Shown in pieces: positions 6,617 through 15,123 of a DNA stretch of 19,500 bases. The first letter of the stretch is position 1. Each line of letters starts with the position of its first letter. This stretch comes from Chthonomonadales bacterium (GTDB lineage: Bacteria; Armatimonadota; Chthonomonadetes; Chthonomonadales; Chthonomonadaceae): positions 1-19,500 of the forward strand of contig JBBQPO010000095.1 of assembly GCA_038217285.1 (NCBI GenBank), written 5' to 3'. The notes beneath the pieces were generated by a model. It ran no database searches. It was not told where the DNA came from and was given only the letters and a program-made list of their open reading frames with translations. Made by a program: the position numbers and the translations under genes.

Positions 6617-7905
6617 TGCAGACGTTCTTCAGGACGAGCAAAATGCGATGCCCTAGGATATCGGCAAGCCTCGCCGCCGTGCTCGGACTGAGTCTGGCGG
6701 CAGGAGGGCAGACCAAAACGCCCCCTGCCGCCGGACAGCCACAGTCCGGCAAGGCTCCCGCAATGAGAGGGGCGACGCAGGCGAAACCTCCGGTGACCGC
6801 ACCGGGTAAGGCTGTTGCTCCTGCTCCAGGCCCGACCAAACCGGGGGACCCTGCCAAACCGACTGGAGACAAGCCGCTCGACGCCTCCGCCTCCGTCATC
6901 GTGAAGCCGAATCGGCCGCTCGGGGAGATCACAGCGCTGGCCTATAGCCCGGACGGCAAACGTCTGGCAGTCGGAACCTCCGGACAGGTCGTGCTGTACG
7001 ACGCAGCCACCTGGCAGGTCGTCGGCACCTTCCGACAGGTGCAAGACGGTGTGCGATCCCTGGCGTTTCATCCGAACGGACAGCTCCTCGCTATCGGCAG
7101 CGGACAGCCGGGCCTGACGGGCGCTACCGTTGTTTGGGACACCACCAATGCCGTCAAGCCGAACGTTCTGCCGAACCAGTACGATACCATCGAAGCGGTC
7201 GCCTTCGCCCCGGACGGCAACGAACTGCTCATCGGCTCCAACGACAAAAAAGTGCGCTGTTTCACCTCCCTGACCACCGACGACGGCCCGATCCTCGATG
7301 CCCACAACGACCGCGTCCAGGCCGTCGCCTTCTCCCCCAAGAGCGGATTCATCTTCCTGACGGCAGGCCTGGACCGCATCGTCAAGGTGTGGGACCAGCA
7401 GAAGGTGGTCAACGTCATCAACTTCGACCAGAGCGAAGGGGGAATCACCGGTCTGGCTTTCCTTTCCAACGGCAGCCAGTTCATCGGCTCCAGCCTAGAC
7501 GGCAAACTCTACTGGTGGGGCGTCAACCACGACGACCGTAAAAACGCGTGGAGCGGCTATCACTACCGAACCACGATGGCGCATCCCGGTGGAGTCTACA
7601 CGCTCGGCCGCTCCGCAAACGGCCAGCGTATCATCACCGGCGGCGCGGACAAGATGGTCAACGTCTGGAACGCCGACAACGGCGGCAAGGTTCGGGCGTT
7701 CAAAGACTCTCCTCAGCCGGTCTACGCTGCCGCCCTCACTCCGGATGGCAAGACCGCCGTCGCCGGAGGCCGCGAAGGCATCGTCTATGTCTGGGATGTC
7801 GAGGCGAACAAACTGCTGTCCGGATTCGCTCCCCCCGCCCTGCCCGCTCCCCCGGCCCCAGCCATCAAGACGGCACGCAAAACGACGCGCAAGAAACGAA
7901 CCTAA
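6613..7905 (+). CDS. Exported WD40-repeat (beta-propeller) protein with a Pro/Ala/Lys-rich N-terminal linker
   Basis: Repeated 'LA(Y/F)SPDG..LA.G...V..WD' units. ATGA overlap with the DUF1501 stop; an alternative start is at 6643. A hydrophobic signal segment is present. Confidence 0.92.
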   Translation: MMQTFFRTSKMRCPRISASLAAVLGLSLAAGGQTKTPPAAGQPQSGKAPAMRGATQAKPPVTAPGKAVAPAPGPTKPGDPAKPTGDKPLDASASVIVKPNRPLGEITALAYSPDGKRLAVGTSGQVVLYDAATWQVVGTFRQVQDGVRSLAFHPNGQLLAIGSGQPGLTGATVVWDTTNAVKPNVLPNQYDTIEAVAFAPDGNELLIGSNDKKVRCFTSLTTDDGPILDAHNDRVQAVAFSPKSGFIFLTAGLDRIVKVWDQQKVVNVINFDQSEGGITGLAFLSNGSQFIGSSLDGKLYWWGVNHDDRKNAWSGYHYRTTMAHPGGVYTLGRSANGQRIITGGADKMVNVWNADNGGKVRAFKDSPQPVYAAALTPDGKTAVAGGREGIVYVWDVEANKLLSGFAPPALPAPPAPAIKTARKTTRKKRT

Positions 7906-7938
7906 CCCCCCGGCCCCCTTCCCGACACGGGAAGGGGG
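7901..7938. repeat. REP-like GC-rich palindrome (11-bp stem)
   Basis: CCTAACCCCCCGG followed by CCCCCTTCCCG-aca-CGGGAAGGGGG (7914-7938). There is no U tract, and it sits between co-oriented genes. Confidence 0.6.
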
Positions 7939-8010
7939 TGCCCTAACAAGGCCCGACATCGTTGCATCGAAGTGGGTTTTTGAGTCTGCAGAACGACCCT
8001 AAAGTAAACA

Positions 8011-10158
8011 ATGAACATAAAAACACTTTTTCGACAACTGCCGATTACTGCCCTACTCTGCACCTTTTTTTCTGCCGCAGCGCAGGCACAGATTCCGCGT
8101 ATCAACACCTTCTACCCGGTTGGCGGCAAGGCCGGGACTACGGTCACGGTCGAGGTGCGCGGATCGAGTCTCGATGGGGGCGGGGTCGTGATGGTAAATG
8201 CGCCGGGAATGACCGGTACGCTGGTGCCGGGCGGCAGCAAAGGCGACGACACCTTTCGACCGGTCTGGGAAGCGAAATGCGGCACCTGCCATGAGCTTCG
8301 CTCGCCCGGCAACCGCAGCCTGACGCCCGCCCAGTGGACGGCGACCGTAGACCGCATGGTCAAAGTGCGGCAGGCGCCTATCGCTCCCGCCGATCAGCAA
8401 AAAATTGTAAAATTCCTGGCTGCCGCAGCGGCCTCCGGACAGATGGCGGCGCAGTTGAAGATCGCGCCGGATACCCTGCCTGGCCTCTATGAGGTGCGCC
8501 TCGTCACCACGCGGGGTGTTTCGACGGCGGGACTGTTCGAGGTCGGCAGTCTGCCGGAGGTGCAGGGCGTCAACGGTCGGCGTGAAACCGCGCAGGTCGT
8601 GACGCTTCCCGTCGTCGCCAACGGTACCATGGCAGCCCGCTCCGAACGCCACTACTATCGGTTCGAGGCCAAGCAAGGGCAGCGCCTGGTCTTCGATCTC
8701 AAAGGCTATCGTTACAACGACCTGACCCAGTTGTTTTTCAATCCGCAGTTGCGTCTCTTCGACGGCACGGGCAAAGAGATTGTCGAGAATCACGGCTACT
8801 ACGATCTCGATCCATTGATCGACTGGAAGTGTCCCGCCGACGGCCCCTACACGCTAGAAGTCCGGGATCTGCTGGGCAGCGGCAACCCCTCTTCGGTCTA
8901 CCGCCTCCGCATGGGCCAACTGCCTTACGACACAGTCCTCTACCCGCCCGCCGCACAGATGGCCTCGACAGCCTCCCTTCAGGTACTCGGCAAGAACACC
9001 GAGACCCTACAGACAGGCTTCACCCTGGCGACGCCCGGTCACACAGGCGTACAGGAGGTCAGCAGCCCCTTTGGGCCCCAGGCGTTCTATGTCTCGCCGT
9101 ATGCCGTTGTCCGTGCCGATGCCAACCCCTCCGCGCCGGTCGCCCTGCCGGCCGCCTTTGCGGGCCATTTCGCCGGCCCCGGCTCGTCGGACACGTTCCG
9201 TGTTCAGGGCGAGGGTCCCGTCGAGTTCGAGGCGTACGCGGCGCGGCTCGGTTCTCCGGCCCTGGTGCATCTCTCAGTGCAAAATGCGAAAGGCCAGAAC
9301 ATCGCCAATCTGAACGGCGATAACCGCATCCGTATCAATCTCGAAGCGAATCAGACCTATACGCTGAAAGTGGACGAGCCTTCCGCGAAGCTCGGCCCCA
9401 ACTTCGTCTACTGCATCGAGGCGCGTCCGGCCCATCCGGAGGTGGAACTGGTGGTACATCCTTCCAACGTCACCCTGCGCCCTGGGACGTCCGCCGCAGT
9501 ACACGTCGTGCTGACGCGACGCGATGGCGTGAACGGGGAGATCCTGCTGACCGCGAACGACCTGCCGCCGGGAGTCCATGCCAACCCTAAAGCTATTCCC
9601 GGTGACCGCAACGACGTCCTGTTTATCCTGACGGCGGACGCTTCGGCGGTGCCTACCGAAAAGCCGTTTCAGATCACGGCGACGGTGGTGGCGAAGGGAG
9701 CCGAATACTCAACGCAGGCCGTGGCCCAGGATGTCTACCAGATGAACAACCAGCCACACTACGTCGTCCGAAGCAGTTGTGTGGTCGGAGTGCGCGGCAA
9801 ATCGGACTATACCGTTGCCTTCGAGGATGCGCCGATCAGGGTACATCCGCGCAAAGGCTTCCCGTTCAAAGTGAAGCTGACGCGCCTGGGGACGTTCAAA
9901 GGCCCAGTACAGGTCAAGGTGGAGGGACTGCCATCGGGTTGGGTCGCGAATGCGGAGACCATTCAGCCCGACAAGAACGAGGTGACTCTGCTGGTGCGGC
10001 CCGACGGCAACAACACCCAGCCGTTCCTGACCCGCGATCCGAAAATGACCCCGATGCGGGCCGTCGTTATCGCCAATGCCGATGAGTTCGAATTTGTGTC
10101 CGGGACGGTGGCGGTTCTGAAGGACGACCGCCCGGACACGAAAGACGACAAGAACTGA
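8011..10158 (+). CDS. PPC (pre-peptidase C-terminal-like) domain protein of DUF1549/DUF1501 cassettes, with an inserted c-type cytochrome domain
   Basis: Signal peptide ending AAQA; 'YPVGGKAGTTVTVEVRG'; PPC-like 'HYYRFEAKQGQRLVF...PQLRLFD..GKEI...DP.I.W.CPADGPYTLEVRDLLGSG...VYRLRMG'; CGTCH at 8278-8292. Confidence 0.85.
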   Translation: MNIKTLFRQLPITALLCTFFSAAAQAQIPRINTFYPVGGKAGTTVTVEVRGSSLDGGGVVMVNAPGMTGTLVPGGSKGDDTFRPVWEAKCGTCHELRSPGNRSLTPAQWTATVDRMVKVRQAPIAPADQQKIVKFLAAAAASGQMAAQLKIAPDTLPGLYEVRLVTTRGVSTAGLFEVGSLPEVQGVNGRRETAQVVTLPVVANGTMAARSERHYYRFEAKQGQRLVFDLKGYRYNDLTQLFFNPQLRLFDGTGKEIVENHGYYDLDPLIDWKCPADGPYTLEVRDLLGSGNPSSVYRLRMGQLPYDTVLYPPAAQMASTASLQVLGKNTETLQTGFTLATPGHTGVQEVSSPFGPQAFYVSPYAVVRADANPSAPVALPAAFAGHFAGPGSSDTFRVQGEGPVEFEAYAARLGSPALVHLSVQNAKGQNIANLNGDNRIRINLEANQTYTLKVDEPSAKLGPNFVYCIEARPAHPEVELVVHPSNVTLRPGTSAAVHVVLTRRDGVNGEILLTANDLPPGVHANPKAIPGDRNDVLFILTADASAVPTEKPFQITATVVAKGAEYSTQAVAQDVYQMNNQPHYVVRSSCVVGVRGKSDYTVAFEDAPIRVHPRKGFPFKVKLTRLGTFKGPVQVKVEGLPSGWVANAETIQPDKNEVTLLVRPDGNNTQPFLTRDPKMTPMRAVVIANADEFEFVSGTVAVLKDDRPDTKDDKN

Positions 10159-10180
10159 CAACCGCAGGGAATTCCCGCCG

Positions 10181-11179
10181 TTAATCGCCGCTGGAGTGGG
10201 ACGATCCACCGGTGAGGGCACGGAGAATGCCGGGAGCGATCCCCGAATCGGACGCGTCTGCGCTGCGGGTTGACTGCGGCAGGAATCGGGCGGCGAGGCC
10301 GGTGACGTCCGCGAAAAGACTTGGGAAGAGGCCGTGCACCAGCGCCCCGGCTTGCGCCTGAAGCGACAGGATCACCTCGGCGTCGCCGAACTTGAGCGCT
10401 TCGACGATCTGTCGGGCCGCAGTATGGGCGTCGATGGATGTCAGCGGGGACGTCGCGCCGAAGGTGAAGAGCGCCTGATCGGCCGAATTTTCGCTTTTGA
10501 ACTCCGCATGCTGTTCGCCGCCGGTTCGCATCAGGCCAGGGCAGACCGTCGTCACAAAGATGTTGTCTTTTTGCAGTTCGGCCCGCAGACCTTCCGAAAG
10601 GCCGACCAGGGCGAACTTACTGCCGCAGTAGGGCAGCATGTGCGGCACACTGATTTTGCCGCCGATAGAGGCGATGTTGACGATGCGCCCGCCGTGTCTG
10701 CGGCGCATCCCCGGCAAAACCGCCAGCGTCATATAGAGCGGTCCATAGTAGTGGACCTGCATGGCCTTCTCGAAATCTTCGACCTGCATATCTTCCAGTG
10801 GCCCCACCCCGATAATGCCCGCGTTATTGATCAGAATGTCGACCGCGCCGAACCGCTCCGTGACGGAGTGAACGATACTCTCGACGGCCTCCCGGTCGCT
10901 GACATCCACCGGAAGAATGAAGACGTCACCGCCCCGGCTCTTGATCTCGGCTTCCGCGTGTTTCAGCTCTTCCAGATCGCGGGCACAGAGCGCGACGCGC
11001 GCCCCGGCGTCCGCCAGTCGTTTGGCGATCTCCAGGCCGAGGCCGCGTGAGCCGCCCGTGATCAGTACCGTCTTGCCATGAAAAGTAATGGCGCGGCGTT
11101 TGCGGATCGCCTGCCGTGCCAACGCGACCGCTCCCACTCCAGCCGCCAGCCACAAAAGAGTCGTATTCCTAGTTCGCAT
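10181..11179 (-). CDS. Short-chain dehydrogenase/reductase (SDR) with an N-terminal membrane anchor
   Basis: TGGSRGLG, NNAG and YCGSK motifs. The GGAGG RBS supports the start at 11179. Confidence 0.95.
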   Translation of the reverse strand: MRTRNTTLLWLAAGVGAVALARQAIRKRRAITFHGKTVLITGGSRGLGLEIAKRLADAGARVALCARDLEELKHAEAEIKSRGGDVFILPVDVSDREAVESIVHSVTERFGAVDILINNAGIIGVGPLEDMQVEDFEKAMQVHYYGPLYMTLAVLPGMRRRHGGRIVNIASIGGKISVPHMLPYCGSKFALVGLSEGLRAELQKDNIFVTTVCPGLMRTGGEQHAEFKSENSADQALFTFGATSPLTSIDAHTAARQIVEALKFGDAEVILSLQAQAGALVHGLFPSLFADVTGLAARFLPQSTRSADASDSGIAPGILRALTGGSSHSSGD

Positions 11180-11236
11180 TTGATGGTTCCTCCGCATTCT
11201 GCGTTGCATCGGGCTTTGCGGCCCTGATGCACAGAA

Positions 11237-11262
11237 GACGAAAGCGGCCTGCCGTCTGTTCC
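11237..11262 (-). promoter_or_regulatory. Possible ECF-sigma promoter for the SDR gene
   Basis: The minus strand reads GGAAC-N17-CGTC, about 60 nt upstream of the ATG. Confidence 0.3.
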
Positions 11263-11429
11263 AGGAGCCTCATCGTCCCAACGCATCCAGTGCATCACCG
11301 AACGGGAACTTCTGCGGCGGTTTGAAACTTATATCTAACAAGATGCGGCGCGAACGCCGCAGAGTACGAAATGCGCGGGATACCAGCCCTGCCCATCCGA
11401 ATGTGTGCAGGCAGCGAGGAAAAAATCGA

Positions 11430-11888
11430 ATGAAGAGATTATGGGCCCGGTGGGGCACGATTATGGTGTTGGGTCTGACCGGGACGATAGGCATTCTGCC
11501 CACCACGCCCGCAGTGGCCAAAGAGAACGATCTCAAGAAGCATGGGCCCATTGCGTGGCAGGGTTCGCTGCAGGCCGCCATGAAAATCGCGGCGCGTGAG
11601 AAGAAACCGATCTTCATCGATTTCTGGGCGGAGTGGTGCGGCCCCTGCAAAGCGATGCTGGCCACCACCTATAAAGACAAGGCGGTTGTCGCCCGCTCAA
11701 AGCAGTTCGTGCCTGTTCTCTTCAATGCCGACGAGCAGCCCAAGCTCCTGGAGAAGTTCGGTATCAGTGGCATTCCCACCGTCGTGTTTCTGGACGCGAA
11801 AGGCAAAGTGCTGCTTCAAACGACCGGCTATGAGAGCGGACCGGAGTTCCTGAAGACCATGAGCCATGCGGCGAAAAAATTCAAGTAG
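11430..11888 (+). CDS. Exported thioredoxin-family protein
   Basis: DFWAEWCGPC active site, GIPT cis-Pro loop and a signal peptide. The GAGGA RBS supports the start at 11430. Confidence 0.92.
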   Translation: MKRLWARWGTIMVLGLTGTIGILPTTPAVAKENDLKKHGPIAWQGSLQAAMKIAAREKKPIFIDFWAEWCGPCKAMLATTYKDKAVVARSKQFVPVLFNADEQPKLLEKFGISGIPTVVFLDAKGKVLLQTTGYESGPEFLKTMSHAAKKFK

Positions 11889-12002
11889 GGTCGTCCGTAC
11901 GTCTGGCACCGGATCGAAAAATCGCTTTCCAGTGTCTCTTCGGAGGCGGCGGAAGGCGATTTGCGCGTTTGGCAAAAATATGGGGCTGCGACGTGAAACT
12001 TT

Positions 12003-12039
12003 TAGTCTACAGCAGTCGTCATAGTCTACAGCAATAGAC
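12003..12039 (+). promoter_or_regulatory. Tandem BlaI-type operator
   Basis: Direct repeat TAGTCTACAGCA at 12003-12014 and 12022-12033. Each copy is part of an imperfect GTCTAC-N4-GTAGAC palindrome, like the TAC..GTA operators of BlaI/MecI/CopY repressors, directly upstream of the RBS. Confidence 0.75.
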
Positions 12040-12061
12040 AGAAGGAGTAGGACGCAGCGAC

Positions 12062-12463
12062 ATGGAGCAGGAAAAGCCACCCCTCGGGGAGCATGAACTG
12101 GAGGTCTTACGCTACATCGATACGCACGGCCCCATCACTGCTCGGGACGTCGTAGAAGCGGTGGGCCAGGAGCGGAATTTGGCGCGCACTACGGTTCTTA
12201 CCGTGGTCGAGCGACTGCGCAAAAAAGGCTACTTAAAGCGCAGGCGCAACCGGGAAGGCGTCTTCGTCTATACCTCCTCCGAGCCCCAGGCCGAGCTGAT
12301 GCAGGACCTTGTCCGGCAGTTCGTCGAGAAGATGCTGGGTGGGGCGGTGTCGCCGGTGGTCGCCTATCTCGCCTCGGTGAAACGTCTGCCGGAGGAGGAT
12401 CTGGCCGAGATGCAGAAACTGGTCGATGAGCTCAAAGCCGGGCAGGACGAGGAGAAGCCATGA
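12062..12463 (+). CDS. BlaI/MecI/CopY family transcriptional repressor
   Basis: 'LGEHELEVL...GPITARDV...LARTTVLTVVERLRKKGYLKR' winged helix plus a C-terminal dimerisation region. ATGA overlap with the M56 gene. Confidence 0.95.
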   Translation: MEQEKPPLGEHELEVLRYIDTHGPITARDVVEAVGQERNLARTTVLTVVERLRKKGYLKRRRNREGVFVYTSSEPQAELMQDLVRQFVEKMLGGAVSPVVAYLASVKRLPEEDLAEMQKLVDELKAGQDEEKP

Positions 12464-15054
12464 ATTTGCCGGCCTGGATAGCGGGGTGGGAGAGAGCCTC
12501 GGTCGCCTGGGCCGGGGGCCTCGCGCATGCCTGCTGGCAGGGCGGAATAGCGCTGCTGGTCGTCTGGCTGTTATGTCAGGGATTCCCTGCCATGTCCCCC
12601 ACGCTGCGCGCCTGGCTATGGCGATTGGCCTATTTGAAGCTTGTCCTCACTCTCTTACTGCCAACTGTGTCGGTGCCAATTCTTCCTGCCGCTGCCGTCT
12701 CTTCTGCCATCGTGGCCTCGCCCCTGGCGGATCTGCCGTCCACGCAGGTCGTCCCGGTCCCTGGGGACGCTCCTGAGTCCCCTTCTGTGCTGTCGGCGGT
12801 CCCCCGCCCTACCGTCGCTTCTTCGCCTGCACCACTCCCTCGACCGGGTTGGACGTTCTGGCTGTTACTCGCCTGGGGGATGGGGGTCGTCTGGTGCCTG
12901 GTCCGGGTGGCGGGCGAGTGGATCGCCGCCGGCTGGCTGCGCGGTCTGTCGGAACCGCTTCAGGACGACGCTCTCACTTCCTGTTGCCTCGAACTCTCGG
13001 AGCGTCTCGGACTGCGCGATCCGCCGCGTCTGCTGGTTTCCGATGGGGCCGGCAGTCCGGTTCTCCTGGGCGGCGCGAATCCGGTCATCATCTTGCCGCT
13101 GGCGCTCTTGAGCGAATGCTCCCGTCCGGAGTTGGAGATCGTTATCGCGCATGAGTTGGCACATCGCAGCCGTTGCGACCTGCTCTGGGGCTGGATCCCC
13201 GCAATCGGTCATGCCCTCTTCTTCTTTTTTCCGCTGGAGTGGCTGGCGGCGCATGAGTATCGCCTGGCGCAGGAGATGGCCTGCGACGAGCTGGCAATCC
13301 GTACCTCCCGCGCGCGCGTCGGCGACTACGGCGACGCACTGCTCAAAGTGGCGGCAAGGCACCGCCCCAACCTTCAGTCTCGACTCGTCACCATCGGCAT
13401 CGTCGAATCGTCGCAGATTCTGAAAAGGAGACTACTTGCCATGAAAGAGATGGGTTCGTTCCCGGCACGGCCGGGCGCCGTCGTCACCGTCATCGTCGCA
13501 ATAGGATTGGTCGGCTGCCTACCCTGGCAGCTCACACCGAGGGCGTTCGCCAATGTCACGTCGTCGGCCAGCAACGGCGCGGCGCACAGGGCCGCTGCGG
13601 GGGAGCCCGATTCCGCCTACCGTGACCCGCTCGACCTGGCGTTGACACCGGAGAACGGCAGCGGCCTGCGCTACCGCCCGAAAGCCGGAGAGACCTATCT
13701 CTATGCGGTCAAGATCGAGACGACGGAAGGCGACACGACCGAAACCATGAGCGGCAACGCGACCTACCACTGCCGCGCCGCCGACGAAAACGGGTTTGTC
13801 CTGACCTGCGGCGGGAGTCTGATACCGGTACGCCGGACCGTCTCCGGAGGGGGCGTGCCCGGATTCCCGTTCCCAAGCCTGCGCGCCTTTGGCTTCGGCG
13901 GAATGGGCTTTCCGCACCTCTTCGCGGGGCCGAACGAGATCAAGATCGACGGACAGGGACATCTCCTGAGCACCAGGGGCGAGACACCTCTACCGCGCGC
14001 CCTCGGAGATCTGTCACAGCTTATCGTGGAGACTCTGCCGTCGGACGGCGCCTCCTGGGAGGTTCAGAACGGCTGCGTGATCGTTCTGCAGGAGGAGCAT
14101 TCTTTGTCCCCCTTCTCGCATTTCGCCCGCGTCGAGAAGCGCAGCCTTCCGGCTTCGGAGACCCTCTCCTACACGCTCGGTTCGATCACAGGCAATCTGG
14201 TGCAGATCAACAAGCACTACGAGATGCGGACCAACGAGCGCTCCTTCGGTGGACCCACATTGCAGATGACGGGCGACGGCAAAGTGGCCTTTGATCGCAA
14301 ACTGGGGATGCCGCGCACGATGGAGTTCAAGGTGACGTTGGTGGAGCAACCTGACCGCACGACGACGACCCGGATACCGGTCACCGTGACGTACCGCCTG
14401 CTGGAAGGAGACGAGCGGGAGAAAGCGCTGCATCCGCCGGCTCCGGTACCGCCGGAGCGGAAGGCCTTTGCCGAAACGGAGTTGACGTCGGCTCTGTCCG
14501 ATCTGCAGTCGCCAAACGCCTTTAAAGTCATGGGCGCGGCCGATAAACTGGCTGGCGCGCTGCCGACCGGGGATCCACGCCCGGTAGAGCGCGCCTTGAT
14601 CGGCGCCCTGGACCATAAAGACGCTTTCGCCCGCCAGAGCGTTGTCAAGGCCCTGGGAACCTGGGGAGGCAAGGCCAGCGTGCCGCCGCTCATCAAACGG
14701 CTGGACGACGAGTCGTTCGCGGTACGATGGGCGGTGTTCGACGTGCTGGGCGCTGCCAAAGATGCGCGTGCCGCAGAGCCCCTCGCGAAGTGGCTGGAGA
14801 AAGACCGGGGATTCGCCTCGAACGCCCTGCGCAAACTGGGCTCCGTCGCCGCGCCTGCGGTCGCAAAACAGCTTGGGGCGAAGGACTGGGGGATGCGTAT
14901 CGATGTCTGCCATCTGCTGAAAGAGATCGGTACAGCGCGCGAAATACCGGCGCTCCAGGCCCTGACGCGCGACGAGAACCGTCTCGTCGCGGATGCCGCT
15001 TCCGAGGCCGTCAAAACGATACAGCAGCGAGTCGACGCGAAGGTCAACCGTTAG
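12460..15054 (+). CDS. BlaR1/MecR1-type M56 metallopeptidase with a C-terminal beta-rich domain and HEAT repeats
   Basis: N-terminal TM helices, HELAH (13150-13164), 'QEMACDELA', 'LKRRL', a further TM segment, then HEAT-like repeats (RQSVVKALG, VRWAVFDVLG, MRIDVCHLLKEIG). Confidence 0.92.
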   Translation: MNLPAWIAGWERASVAWAGGLAHACWQGGIALLVVWLLCQGFPAMSPTLRAWLWRLAYLKLVLTLLLPTVSVPILPAAAVSSAIVASPLADLPSTQVVPVPGDAPESPSVLSAVPRPTVASSPAPLPRPGWTFWLLLAWGMGVVWCLVRVAGEWIAAGWLRGLSEPLQDDALTSCCLELSERLGLRDPPRLLVSDGAGSPVLLGGANPVIILPLALLSECSRPELEIVIAHELAHRSRCDLLWGWIPAIGHALFFFFPLEWLAAHEYRLAQEMACDELAIRTSRARVGDYGDALLKVAARHRPNLQSRLVTIGIVESSQILKRRLLAMKEMGSFPARPGAVVTVIVAIGLVGCLPWQLTPRAFANVTSSASNGAAHRAAAGEPDSAYRDPLDLALTPENGSGLRYRPKAGETYLYAVKIETTEGDTTETMSGNATYHCRAADENGFVLTCGGSLIPVRRTVSGGGVPGFPFPSLRAFGFGGMGFPHLFAGPNEIKIDGQGHLLSTRGETPLPRALGDLSQLIVETLPSDGASWEVQNGCVIVLQEEHSLSPFSHFARVEKRSLPASETLSYTLGSITGNLVQINKHYEMRTNERSFGGPTLQMTGDGKVAFDRKLGMPRTMEFKVTLVEQPDRTTTTRIPVTVTYRLLEGDEREKALHPPAPVPPERKAFAETELTSALSDLQSPNAFKVMGAADKLAGALPTGDPRPVERALIGALDHKDAFARQSVVKALGTWGGKASVPPLIKRLDDESFAVRWAVFDVLGAAKDARAAEPLAKWLEKDRGFASNALRKLGSVAAPAVAKQLGAKDWGMRIDVCHLLKEIGTAREIPALQALTRDENRLVADAASEAVKTIQQRVDAKVNR

Positions 15055-15123
15055 GATCGCGTGTGCCGCTCTCTTCCCTGGCCTTTGCGACGGGCATAGA
15101 GCGGCCTCCTGTATCGGCATTCG

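Noticed and set aside
2950-7305. Long minus-strand ORFs (2950-4665, 5375-6241, 6532-7305)
   Set aside because: Antisense shadows of well-supported GC-rich genes.
11205-11231. GGGCCGCAAAGCCC hairpin upstream of the SDR gene as a c-di-GMP-I riboswitch
   Set aside because: Only a local hairpin; the other conserved riboswitch elements are absent.
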